Part shown: positions 10,353-18,366 of the stretch, piece by piece | Numbering within the stretch: the stretch's first letter is position 1 | How the letters are laid out: the number at the start of each line of letters is the position of its first letter | Assembly: GCA_046726415.1 (NCBI GenBank) | Contig: JBKPAK010000090.1 | Span: 1-46,015 of the forward strand | Reading direction: 5' to 3' | Source of the DNA: Candidatus Methylomirabilota bacterium | GTDB taxonomy: Bacteria; Methylomirabilota; Methylomirabilia; Rokubacteriales; CSP1-6 | DNA length: 46,015 bases | Notes under the pieces: generated by a model | Told to the model about the DNA's origin: nothing | The model's database searches: none | The model's input: the letters and a program-made list of their open reading frames with translations, nothing else | Made by a program: the position numbers and the translations under genes

Positions 10353-11228
10353 TCAGAGCCGCACGCCGAGCTTCGCCAGGGCCGCGGTGAGTGCTCGGCG
10401 GGTGAACACGGCGCTCATCTCGCGGCGATACTCGGCCGAGGCGTGGATGTCTTCGGGAGGATCCGTCGCGGCCATGACCGACGTCGACGCCTCGGCCACC
10501 AGAGCGGCGGTGGGCCGCTGGCCGGCCAGCATCCGCTCGGCGGCGTCGCCGCGCACGGGCTTGGGGCCCACGCCGCCCAGGGCAACCCGTGCCGAGGCGA
10601 TGCGCCCAGTTCCATCGAGGTCCACCACGGCCGCCGCCGCCACAATGGCGAAATCGCCATGGCGACGGCTAATCTCCATGAACGCCACGCCCGCCCGTGG
10701 GGCCACGCTCGGGACGCGAATCTCAGTCAAGATCTCGTCGGGCGCGATGATGGTGCTGAGATAGGTGTCGAAGAAGTCTGCCGCCGCGACCCGCCGGGTT
10801 CCCCCCGTGCGCGCCAGGGTCAGCTCGGCGCCCAATGCCACCATCACGACCGGATACTCCGCCGCGGGGTCGGCGTGCACGAGACTCCCGCCAATGGTGC
10901 CACGCGTGCGAATGGGGAGATGTCCGATCCAAGGTGTGGCCTCGGCCAGGAGCGGCGCCAGGTCGCGCACTAGGGCCGACTTTTCGATGGTCCGCTGGCG
11001 CGTCATGGCCCCGACGGCCAGACCGTGATCTTCCGCTCTCACGTACATCAGATTGGAGAGCCCATTGAGGTCCACCAGCACGGCGGGACGCGCCAGTCGG
11101 AAATTCATCATCGGGACGAGGCTCTGCCCGCCGGCGAGAATTTTCGCGTCGTCGCCGCGTTGCCGGAGGACCTCCAGGGCCTCGTCCAGCGAGTCCGGAC
11201 GGACGTACTCGAAGGGGGCTGGCTTCAC
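10353..11228 (-). CDS. coxM: FAD-binding medium subunit, xanthine/CO dehydrogenase family (CoxM-like)
   Basis: MKPAPFEY start, AGGQSLVP, RTRGTIGGS, DPAAE and ASAEYRR motifs. Confidence 0.93.
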   Translation of the reverse strand: MKPAPFEYVRPDSLDEALEVLRQRGDDAKILAGGQSLVPMMNFRLARPAVLVDLNGLSNLMYVRAEDHGLAVGAMTRQRTIEKSALVRDLAPLLAEATPWIGHLPIRTRGTIGGSLVHADPAAEYPVVMVALGAELTLARTGGTRRVAAADFFDTYLSTIIAPDEILTEIRVPSVAPRAGVAFMEISRRHGDFAIVAAAAVVDLDGTGRIASARVALGGVGPKPVRGDAAERMLAGQRPTAALVAEASTSVMAATDPPEDIHASAEYRREMSAVFTRRALTAALAKLGVRL

Positions 11229-11668
11229 GCGGGGCTCTGGAGCAACTCGCTCATCTTCTCGAAAAACTTGTCGGCCATCATCTTGGTCACGCCCCCCAGC
11301 ATGCGCTGGCCGACGCCGGCGATGAGCCCGCCCACCTGGACGTCGGCCGAATAGGACACGCGGGTACCGCCGTCGCTGTCGGTGAGCGTGATGAGAGCGC
11401 TCCCACGCACGAAGCCCGGACCGCCGCTGCCCTCCACGAACATGCGATAGGACTCGGGGGGATTCTTGTCCGAGAGCTTGACCTTGCCCTCGAACGTCCC
11501 CTTGATCGCCGCCACTCCGATTTTCATGGTCGACTTGTACTCGTCGTCCCCGATGGCCTCGAGCTTCTCGCAGCCGGGGATGGCCTGGCGGAGAAGGTCG
11601 GGATCGAAAAACGCCTCCCAGACCTTCGCGTGGGGGGCAGGAACCTCATGCGAGCCTTCGATCTTCAT
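11225..11668 (-). CDS. coxG: CoxG-like SRPBCC family protein
   Basis: VWEAFFDPDLLRQAIPGCE and VGGLIAGVGQRM motifs; overlaps coxM by 4 nt. Confidence 0.9.
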   Translation of the reverse strand: MKIEGSHEVPAPHAKVWEAFFDPDLLRQAIPGCEKLEAIGDDEYKSTMKIGVAAIKGTFEGKVKLSDKNPPESYRMFVEGSGGPGFVRGSALITLTDSDGGTRVSYSADVQVGGLIAGVGQRMLGGVTKMMADKFFEKMSELLQSPA

Positions 11669-11814
11669 GACGCGGTCCTCCTGACGTCGGGGGAACGGGC
11701 AACGCTCCCCTCGATCCCCCCACCGCTATTTGGGCGAACGGCGGGGAGCATTCGCTCCACCCCGTCTCACCGACTGCTCATTGGCGGATTCTCGCGCCAC
11801 CTTCCACGGGATGC

Positions 11815-13014
11815 TCAGGCCAACGTACCGATGGCGCCCCACATGCGGGTCAAGCCCTTGCGGATCAGGTCGGCACTGGTGGCGTACGAAAGGCGCACGT
11901 GGGCGTCGGATCCGAAGTCGACGCCTGGGACGACCGCCACTCGCGCGTGCTCGAGCAGGAAGGCGGTGACGTCTGTGGAGCTGCGGAGCACGGTGCCCTC
12001 TGGTGTGCGGCGACCGAAGAGCCCCGCGATGTTGGCGAACGCATAGAAGGCGCCCTTGGGCATTGCGCAGCGAACGCCGGGGAGCAAGTTGAGTCCCTCC
12101 ACGATCAGCCGGCGGCGGCGGTCGAACTCGCCAGCCATCTTGGCCACGTCGTCCTGGGGTCCGGTCAGCGCTTCGACGGCCGCGTACTGGGCGACTGAGG
12201 ACGGATTGGAGGTGATCTGGCTCTGCACGTCGGTCATGGCCCGGATGAGCGCACGCGGCCCGGCCGCGTAGCCAACCCGCCAGCCCGTCATGGCGTAGGC
12301 CTTCGAGCAGGTGTTGACGACGAGCGTGCGCGACTTGACCTCGGGCCCGAACGACGCCATGGAGACGTGGCGTCCCTCGTAGGTCAACGGCTCATAGCAC
12401 TCATCGGACACCACGAGCAGATCGCGCTCCACCGCCAATCGGCCCACCGCCTCCAGCGTCCCCGTCGAGAAGACCGCGCCGGTGGGGTTGTTGGGGCTGT
12501 TGACGATCACGACTTTGGTTCGCGGCGACACGGCCCGACGCACCGCGTCCAGATCGAGATCGAACCCAGTCGCTTCACTGGTCTCCGCGGTCACCGGCAC
12601 CGCTCCGACCAGTCGTATCTGCTCCGGGTAGGAAACCCAGAAAGGACTGGGGACGATAGCCTCATCGCCGGGGTCGAGGACTGCCACGACCATGTTGTAG
12701 AGTGTGTGCTTGGCGCCGCACGAGACGAGGATCTCGGCCGGATCGTAGTCGAGCCCGCTGTCGCGCTTGAACTTGGCGCAGACGGCCGCGCGCAGTTCGG
12801 GGACGCCGCCCACCTCGGTGTACTTGGTGTGGCCGTGCGCCATGGCCGCCACCGCGGCCGCCTTGATCCGCTCGGGGGTATCGAAGTCCGGCTCGCCGGC
12901 GCCGAAGGAAATGACGTCCACGCCCCCCGCGCGCAACTCTTTGGCCTTGGCCTGGACGGCGAGCGTGGACGACGGAGCGAGGGTGTTCAGACGTTCGGCG
13001 AGCACGACATCCAC
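11815..13014 (-). CDS. PLP-dependent class I/II (aspartate-type) aminotransferase
   Basis: GAGEPDFDTP, NSPNNPTG, SDECY and SKAYAMTGWRVGY motifs; GTG start with SD AAGGA. Confidence 0.95.
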   Translation of the reverse strand: MDVVLAERLNTLAPSSTLAVQAKAKELRAGGVDVISFGAGEPDFDTPERIKAAAVAAMAHGHTKYTEVGGVPELRAAVCAKFKRDSGLDYDPAEILVSCGAKHTLYNMVVAVLDPGDEAIVPSPFWVSYPEQIRLVGAVPVTAETSEATGFDLDLDAVRRAVSPRTKVVIVNSPNNPTGAVFSTGTLEAVGRLAVERDLLVVSDECYEPLTYEGRHVSMASFGPEVKSRTLVVNTCSKAYAMTGWRVGYAAGPRALIRAMTDVQSQITSNPSSVAQYAAVEALTGPQDDVAKMAGEFDRRRRLIVEGLNLLPGVRCAMPKGAFYAFANIAGLFGRRTPEGTVLRSSTDVTAFLLEHARVAVVPGVDFGSDAHVRLSYATSADLIRKGLTRMWGAIGTLA

Positions 13015-13027
13015 TCCTTCCGGCTGG

Positions 13028-13513
13028 TCACTTGAGGGGGAAGCGCTCGATCAGCCGCTTCTCCACGCCGGCCGGCACCATCCCGGCCACCGAGGTGCCG
13101 AAGCTGGCGACCTCCTTGATCAGGCGCGACGAAATGTACGTGTACTTCTCGTGCGGCATCAGGAACACCGTCTCCACGCTGGAGAGCTTGCGGTTCATCA
13201 GGGCCATCTGGAACTCATACTCGAAGTCGGACACCGCGCGGATCCCCCGCACGATGCAGTCGGCCTTCTCGCGAGCCACCAGGTCAATGAGGAGGCCGTC
13301 GAAGGCCAGGATGCGCAGGGTGTTGGCGCTGGCCGGAAGGGCCTCGTCGATCATCTCCAGCCGCTCGTTCGCGGAGAACAAGGGTGACTTACCCGGATTG
13401 GCCACCACCGCCACGATCAGTTCGTCGAACATGCGCAGACTGCGCTCGATGACGTCGAGATGCCCGTTGTGGACGGGATCGAACATGCCGGGATAAACCG
13501 CGCGCTTGGCCAC
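13028..13513 (-). CDS. coaD: Pantetheine-phosphate adenylyltransferase
   Basis: YPGMFDPVHNGHLD, RGIRAVSDFEYEFQMALMN and ISSRLIKEVA; GTG start at 13513. Confidence 0.96.
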   Translation of the reverse strand: MAKRAVYPGMFDPVHNGHLDVIERSLRMFDELIVAVVANPGKSPLFSANERLEMIDEALPASANTLRILAFDGLLIDLVAREKADCIVRGIRAVSDFEYEFQMALMNRKLSSVETVFLMPHEKYTYISSRLIKEVASFGTSVAGMVPAGVEKRLIERFPLK

Positions 13514-13554
13514 AGGACGCCCCTCTATTGTCACCAGGATAGCAGCAACGGAAT

Positions 13555-14112
13555 CTACCCTCCCGCTCGAAAGAAAGTCAAGGTCGTCTCCCCGAATCGG
13601 CGCGCGCGAAAGCGCGTGAGCGCGGGCAGCGGCGCCAGCATCGGCGCGCGCTTGGTGAGGTGTTGCGCCACCACCAAGCCGTCGGGACGGGTCAGGCGAC
13701 CGTGCCCGAGCCACGCGAGTGTCTCGGGCACCAGGGCCGTCTCGTAGGGCGGGTCGAGGAAGATGATGTCGAACGACGCGCCTTCGGCGGCCAGTCGAGG
13801 CAGGGCGCGCTCGACGTCCATGGACAGCACGCGCGTGGACCCCACCAGGCCGAGCACCTCGAGATTATGGCGGAGGGCGGCGCCCGCGCGGCGGTCGCGC
13901 TCCACGAAGGTCGTCCGGGCCGCCCCCCGCGAGAGGGCCTCGATGCCCACCGCCCCTGTTCCCGCGAACAGATCGAGCACCGTGGCCTCGGGGAGGTATG
14001 GCATCAGCGTGTCCATGAGCGCGGTGCGCACCTGGTCGGCGGTCGGACGCGTGCCGTGGCCACGCGGCGTGACCAGGCGCCGCCCCTTGAGTGTCCCCGC
14101 GATGACCCGCAC
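13555..14112 (-). CDS. rsmD: 16S rRNA m2G966 methyltransferase
   Basis: VRVIAGTLKGRRL, TRPT, LDLFAGTG and FLDPPY motifs; conserved recG-rsmD-coaD order. Confidence 0.95.
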   Translation of the reverse strand: MRVIAGTLKGRRLVTPRGHGTRPTADQVRTALMDTLMPYLPEATVLDLFAGTGAVGIEALSRGAARTTFVERDRRAGAALRHNLEVLGLVGSTRVLSMDVERALPRLAAEGASFDIIFLDPPYETALVPETLAWLGHGRLTRPDGLVVAQHLTKRAPMLAPLPALTRFRARRFGETTLTFFRAGG

Positions 14113-14125
14113 GGCGAATCGGCCG

Positions 14126-16237
14126 CTACCCGGCCGAGGCCAGGCGGAGCTTGCCCCGCCAGCGCACGAGCAGGCTGTCCCGGAGTCCGCGGTGGGCGGG
14201 GTCGCGCAGCTCGGGATCCGCGGCCACGATGGCGGCGGCCTCGCGCCGCGCATCCTCGAGAATGGCCGCGTCGCGCCGGAGATCGGCCGCCCGGAATTCG
14301 GGGAGCCCCGACTGCCGCGTGCCGAAGAACTCGCCGGGACCGCGCAGCTCGAGATCGACCTCGGCGATGCGGAAGCCGTCATGAGTCCCCACCATGGCAT
14401 CGATGCGACGCTGGGCGTCGTCGTGGAGGCGGGGGGCGGTGAGCAGGATGCAATAGGACTTCCAGGGGCCGCGGCCCACCCGCCCACGAAGCTGGTGCAA
14501 CTGGGAAAGGCCGAACCGCTCGGCGTGCTCGATGAGCACGACCGAGGCGTTGGGCACGTCGATGCCCACTTCGATGACGGTGGTCGAGACCAGGACGTGG
14601 ATCTCCCCGGCTTTGAAGCGCCGCATGATGGCCTCTTTCTCCTCGAAGCCGAGTCGTCCGTGCAGGAGCCCGACCGTCAGCTCGGAGAACACCACATGCT
14701 GGAGACGGCTGGCCATGTCGGTGGCCGCCTGGAGGTCGATGGCCTCCGACTCCTCGACGAGCGGGCACACGACGTAGATCTGCCGCCCCTGGCGAACCTG
14801 ATCGCGCAGAAACTCGTAGATCGCCTGGCGCTTGGCTTCCGTGCGCGCCACCGTGGTCACCGGTCGCCGGCCCGGCGGGAGGGAGTTGATCACGCTGACG
14901 TCGAGGTCGCCGTACAGGGTCAGCGCCAGCGTGCGCGGAATCGGCGTGGCGGTCATGACCAGGAGGTCAGGATGCTCGCCCTTGTCGCGCAGCCGAGCCC
15001 GGTGCGCCACTCCGAAGCGGTGCTGTTCGTCGACCACGGCCAGGCCGAGTCGGCGAAAGGTCACTCCCTCCTGCACGAGGGCATGCGTGCCCACTGCGCA
15101 CGCGACCTCCCCCGAGGAGAGCGCGGCGCGCCGGGTGTCGCGCTGGCGCGCCGTGAGGGAGGACGTGAAGAGGGCCACCGGCACCCCGAGTGGCGCCAGG
15201 AGCTGCTGGAAGGTCATGAAGTGCTGCTCGGCGAGAATTTCGGTCGGCGCCATGACCGCAGCCTGGTAGCCCGCTTCCACTGCGGTCAGCACGGCCAGGG
15301 CCGCCACGATGGTCTTGCCGGAGCCGACGTCGCCCTGGAGGAGGCGGTGCATGGGAAACGGCGCGGCCATGTCGGCGCGAATCTCGTCCCACACGTGCTC
15401 CTGAGCGGTAGTGAGCGTGTAGGGCAAGCCGGCGCGAAGCCGCGCCACGAGCTGACCCTGGGGCTGGAGCGCGATGCCGCGCGCCCGCGTGGTGCGCGCC
15501 CGCAAGATCGCCAGCCCCAGTTGGAGGAACAAAAAGTCGTCAAAGACCAGCCGGCGGCTGGCCAGCGACAGCGCGCTCTCCGTTTCGGGAAAGTGAGCGA
15601 TGCGAAGGGCGTCGGCCAGCGTGGGAAGGCGTTGGCGATCCCGGATCGGCGCGGGCAGCACCTCGCCCACATCGCGGACGTGGGCGTCGACCAGCGCGCG
15701 CATGAGCGTGCGCAGTGAGCGCTGCGGCAACCCGTCCGTCGTCGAATAGATCGGCACCAGACGCCCCGTGTGCAGCCGCTCGTCGTCGCCGGCCTCGACC
15801 AGCTCCCAGTCCTGAACCTGGATGGTCATCTGACCCCGGTGGGGTTTGGCCTTGCCGTGGAGCACGAGGCGCTGGCCGCGCGAGAAGGCCCGCGCGAGAT
15901 GCCCGCGCCGGCCGAAAAATGCGGCCACCGCGAACCCGCTGTCGTCGCGCAAGAGGGTCGTGAAGGGCGCACGGGATCTCGGCGGGGGCGGGCTGACGCC
16001 GACGATGACGCCCGAACACGTTCGCACGTCGCCCCCCCGGAGCTGGCGAAACGGGGTCAGCTGCGTGCGATCCTCATGACGGATCGGAACAAAGAAGAGG
16101 GCGTCGCCCACCGTGGACAGGCCCTTGCGGGCGAGCAGCTGCGCGCGCCGCGGCCCGATGCCCTTCACGAACTGCAGGGGCACCTGGAGGCCCGCCACGG
16201 CCGCCGTTTGCCTCTCGGGCACGTCTGTGCTATACAA
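14126..16237 (-). CDS. recG: ATP-dependent DNA helicase RecG
   Basis: LLQGDVGSGKT, VVDEQHRFG, MTATPIPRTL, QLHQLRGRVGR and GTRQSG motifs; start may instead be GTG 16222. Confidence 0.97.
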   Translation of the reverse strand: MYSTDVPERQTAAVAGLQVPLQFVKGIGPRRAQLLARKGLSTVGDALFFVPIRHEDRTQLTPFRQLRGGDVRTCSGVIVGVSPPPPRSRAPFTTLLRDDSGFAVAAFFGRRGHLARAFSRGQRLVLHGKAKPHRGQMTIQVQDWELVEAGDDERLHTGRLVPIYSTTDGLPQRSLRTLMRALVDAHVRDVGEVLPAPIRDRQRLPTLADALRIAHFPETESALSLASRRLVFDDFLFLQLGLAILRARTTRARGIALQPQGQLVARLRAGLPYTLTTAQEHVWDEIRADMAAPFPMHRLLQGDVGSGKTIVAALAVLTAVEAGYQAAVMAPTEILAEQHFMTFQQLLAPLGVPVALFTSSLTARQRDTRRAALSSGEVACAVGTHALVQEGVTFRRLGLAVVDEQHRFGVAHRARLRDKGEHPDLLVMTATPIPRTLALTLYGDLDVSVINSLPPGRRPVTTVARTEAKRQAIYEFLRDQVRQGRQIYVVCPLVEESEAIDLQAATDMASRLQHVVFSELTVGLLHGRLGFEEKEAIMRRFKAGEIHVLVSTTVIEVGIDVPNASVVLIEHAERFGLSQLHQLRGRVGRGPWKSYCILLTAPRLHDDAQRRIDAMVGTHDGFRIAEVDLELRGPGEFFGTRQSGLPEFRAADLRRDAAILEDARREAAAIVAADPELRDPAHRGLRDSLLVRWRGKLRLASAG

Positions 16238-16281
16238 CGGATTCGTCTCTGCTACACGTCGTCGACGTCCAAGGGGTGTTC

Positions 16282-16473
16282 ATGGCTCAGCGATGTGACA
16301 TCTGCGCGAAACATCCGGCTGTCGGCAACTCCGTCAGCCACGCTCACAAGCTCACGCGGCGACGGTGGATGCCGAATCTGATCTCCATGCGCATCATGGT
16401 CGGCGGTACGCCGCGGCGGGCGCGCGTGTGCACTCGTTGTCTGAAGGCCGGCAAGGTCACCAAGGTCATTTGA
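16282..16473 (+). CDS. rpmB: 50S ribosomal protein L28, Zn-ribbon (C+) form
   Basis: MAQRCDIC..GNSVSHAHKLTRRRWMPNL...VCTRCLK; both CxxC pairs present. Confidence 0.95.
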   Translation: MAQRCDICAKHPAVGNSVSHAHKLTRRRWMPNLISMRIMVGGTPRRARVCTRCLKAGKVTKVI

Positions 16474-16480
16474 GCACACA

Positions 16481-16506
16481 CGGGAGGGGGGTCCACCCCC
16501 CTCCCG
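16481..16506. terminator. Perfect 11-bp hairpin between rpmB and the convergent micro-ORFs
   Basis: CGGGAGGGGGG-TCCA-CCCCCCTCCCG; a second imperfect hairpin follows at about 16516-16541. Confidence 0.6.
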
Positions 16507-16555
16507 GATGGCATGAGGTGGGAGGCTGCCACCCCCCACCTGGCATGAGCGGTCC

Positions 16556-16597
16556 CTACTTCTTCTTGGCCTTCTTCTTCGTCGCCTTCTTCTTCAT
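16556..16597 (-). CDS. 13-aa lysine-rich micropeptide MKKKATKKKAKKK
   Basis: ATG...TAG read directly from the sequence; SD AGGAGGTG (16607-16614) 9 nt upstream; all Lys codons are AAG. Confidence 0.7.
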   Translation of the reverse strand: MKKKATKKKAKKK

Positions 16598-16651
16598 CGA
16601 GTCTCTCACCTCCTCTCACGCGCTGTTGAATACGGACCAGGCTCGGTCGCC

Positions 16652-16690
16652 CTACTTCTTCTTCTTCTTGGCCGCCTTCTTCTTCGCCAC
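16652..16690 (-). CDS. 12-aa lysine-rich micropeptide MAKKKAAKKKKK
   Basis: GTG...TAG read directly from the sequence; SD AGGAGGTG (16700-16707) 9 nt upstream, the same geometry as the sister ORF. Confidence 0.7.
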   Translation of the reverse strand: MAKKKAAKKKKK

Positions 16691-16733
16691 GGATGAGCTC
16701 ACCTCCTTCCTGTCGCCCCGCGCCATCATCCCG

Positions 16734-17783
16734 TCAGTAGCCCATGGCTTCTCGGCGGAGATGCTGCGCCTGGTCGGCTCCCCGGGGCTCGTAGCGAGCG
16801 AGGTCCACGAACAGCTGAGGAAGTGACGTGACCCGCAGACCGCCCTTCTCGAGCAGTCCGTAGAACACGCCGACGTCGTACGGCGCCAAGAGGTGCAGCG
16901 TCCCGTCTGCCTCGGCCACGGGTCTCAGGCCCAGTCTGGCAGCCACTGGCGCGGGATCTCCCTCGAGGTACGCGTGCGCCGCCGTCATGCGCAGATGCGG
17001 CGCCACCAAAGACAGTCCGGCGCTCATCGTAAACGCGTAACGGCGTCCTTCCGCCTCAGCCGTGTGAGCCACCTCGACCTGGAACTTCCGGGTGATGCGC
17101 TCGGGAACCGCATAGGACGCGATGTCGTTCTCGCGATAGGTGTACGAATCGCTCCAGCTTTCCAGGAGGTCGGCCGGCTTGGTCAGCCGGAGCCGGTCGC
17201 TAGTATCCCGCTCGAGCCAGGCCAGCTCCTCGAGACGCTTCACGACATTGTGCGAATGTCCGAGGCTGATGTCCGCCGCCTTGGCCAATTCCCCCAATCG
17301 CCACGCCCGTCCGATCTCCGAGAGCAGAACGCGAACGACCCGCGTCGCGCGGGGCGCAAAGAGGGACCGGAGGGGCCGGGTGGAGGCGCCGATATTTCGC
17401 TTTCCTTCCTTCTCGATCAGGATGTTCTCGAGGGCGAGATAGCAGTTCCCCGACAGATCGATGTAGCCAAAATTGTGGGATTTCAAGATTCGAGCGCTCT
17501 CGGGGCCGATGTAGACAGCCGCTGCAGCTGGGTAAGCGGACGGCATCTCCCGGCGAAGCTCTGCCAGCCGAGTCACCGCGGCGCGGATCTGTCGAGGTTG
17601 GCCAAGGCTGCTGGCCTCAAGCACCACGGCGTGCTCCTGCTCGCCCACCCGAAATCTGACAAGCAAATTGGCGGTCTGGCGCCCAATTTTCGCATCGAAG
17701 CTCTCCTCCCAGCCTCGCGCCTTCGGGAACAGCTCGCGCAATCGCTGCGAGACTTGCGCCCGAATGTCTGGAAGTTTGAGCAT
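16734..17783 (-). CDS. AbiEi-like (DUF2186/AbiEi_2 type) type IV antitoxin or transcriptional regulator
   Basis: GYIDLSGNCYL, central wHTH (RAWRLGELAKAADISLGHSHNVVKRL), LLESW and C-terminal SLPQLFVDL...RGADQAQHL pattern; family recognised from memory. Confidence 0.75.
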   Translation of the reverse strand: MLKLPDIRAQVSQRLRELFPKARGWEESFDAKIGRQTANLLVRFRVGEQEHAVVLEASSLGQPRQIRAAVTRLAELRREMPSAYPAAAAVYIGPESARILKSHNFGYIDLSGNCYLALENILIEKEGKRNIGASTRPLRSLFAPRATRVVRVLLSEIGRAWRLGELAKAADISLGHSHNVVKRLEELAWLERDTSDRLRLTKPADLLESWSDSYTYRENDIASYAVPERITRKFQVEVAHTAEAEGRRYAFTMSAGLSLVAPHLRMTAAHAYLEGDPAPVAARLGLRPVAEADGTLHLLAPYDVGVFYGLLEKGGLRVTSLPQLFVDLARYEPRGADQAQHLRREAMGY

Positions 17784-17801
17784 GTTTCGCTGACTCCATG
17801 G

Positions 17802-17849
17802 GTTTCAGCATCTGCTGAAACAATAAGAACCACTGAAAACGCCTGTCAA
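17802..17849 (-). promoter_or_regulatory. Sigma70-type promoter with overlapping palindromic operator for the AbiEi-like gene
   Basis: Minus strand TTGACA (17849-17844)-N18-TATTGT (17825-17820); perfect inverted repeat GTTTCAGCA-TC-TGCTGAAAC at 17802-17821; related half-site CACTGAAAAC at 17831-17840. Confidence 0.7.
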
Positions 17850-17949
17850 GCAAAAACTTACGGACCGGGGCGGCGTTGTTACTTACCTACCCAGGACGGA
17901 GGTGTCGCTGAGAGCCTCGAGAACCTGGTGGCGCAGTGGCCACGTCCAC

Positions 17950-17985
17950 CCTTCCGAACTACTCGCCCCTTCCGAACTACTCGCC
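17950..17985. repeat. Exact 18-bp tandem duplication CCTTCCGAACTACTCGCC x2
   Basis: Copies at 17950-17967 and 17968-17985; the second spans the stop codon of the zincin gene. Confidence 0.9.
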
Positions 17986-18351
17986 GTCCTCGATGCGATG
18001 CATCGTCTCGTCGTCGAGGCCGAAGTAATGCCCCAGCTCGTGCATCACGGTGTCGCGCACCAGGCCAGCCATGTCGGCGGGATGGCCAGCCGCCTCCTCT
18101 TCGATGGGACCCTGGTAGATCGTGATGGTGTCCGGCATGACGTTGCCGTAGCCGGAGTTACGATGGGTGATGTCGACGCCGCGGTAGAGTCCGAACAGCG
18201 TGTCGGGGGGCTCGATCTCCAGGTCGGCGAGCGTCTCCGCATCAGGCCAGTCCTCCACGACGACGGCGACATTCGCCAGCTTCGCCCGGAATCGTCGCGG
18301 AAGGCGCCGGAGCGCGCGCTCCACCAGCACTTCGAACTTCCGCCTGGTCAT
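17977..18351 (-). CDS. Minimal zincin-like metallopeptidase (Zincin_1 family)
   Basis: LFGLYRG, PDTITIYQGPI and HELGHYFGL (HExxH) motifs. Confidence 0.9.
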   Translation of the reverse strand: MTRRKFEVLVERALRRLPRRFRAKLANVAVVVEDWPDAETLADLEIEPPDTLFGLYRGVDITHRNSGYGNVMPDTITIYQGPIEEEAAGHPADMAGLVRDTVMHELGHYFGLDDETMHRIEDGE

Positions 18352-18366
18352 GAGAGCGGGGCGTGA

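Noticed and set aside
9825-11668. Aerobic CO dehydrogenase
   Set aside because: No large subunit, so the diagnostic active-site motif cannot be checked; the cox names denote family only.
16556-16690. Lysine-rich tracts as a mere (CTT)n microsatellite
   Set aside because: Each tract is framed by an identical SD at the same spacing plus in-frame start and stop, and the interruptions keep the frame.
17898-17950. TPP-riboswitch-like words (GCTGAGA, GAACCTG) on the plus strand
   Set aside because: No P3 stem, no closing CG.AGG strand to pair with CCTG, and it points into the 3' end of an opposite-strand gene.
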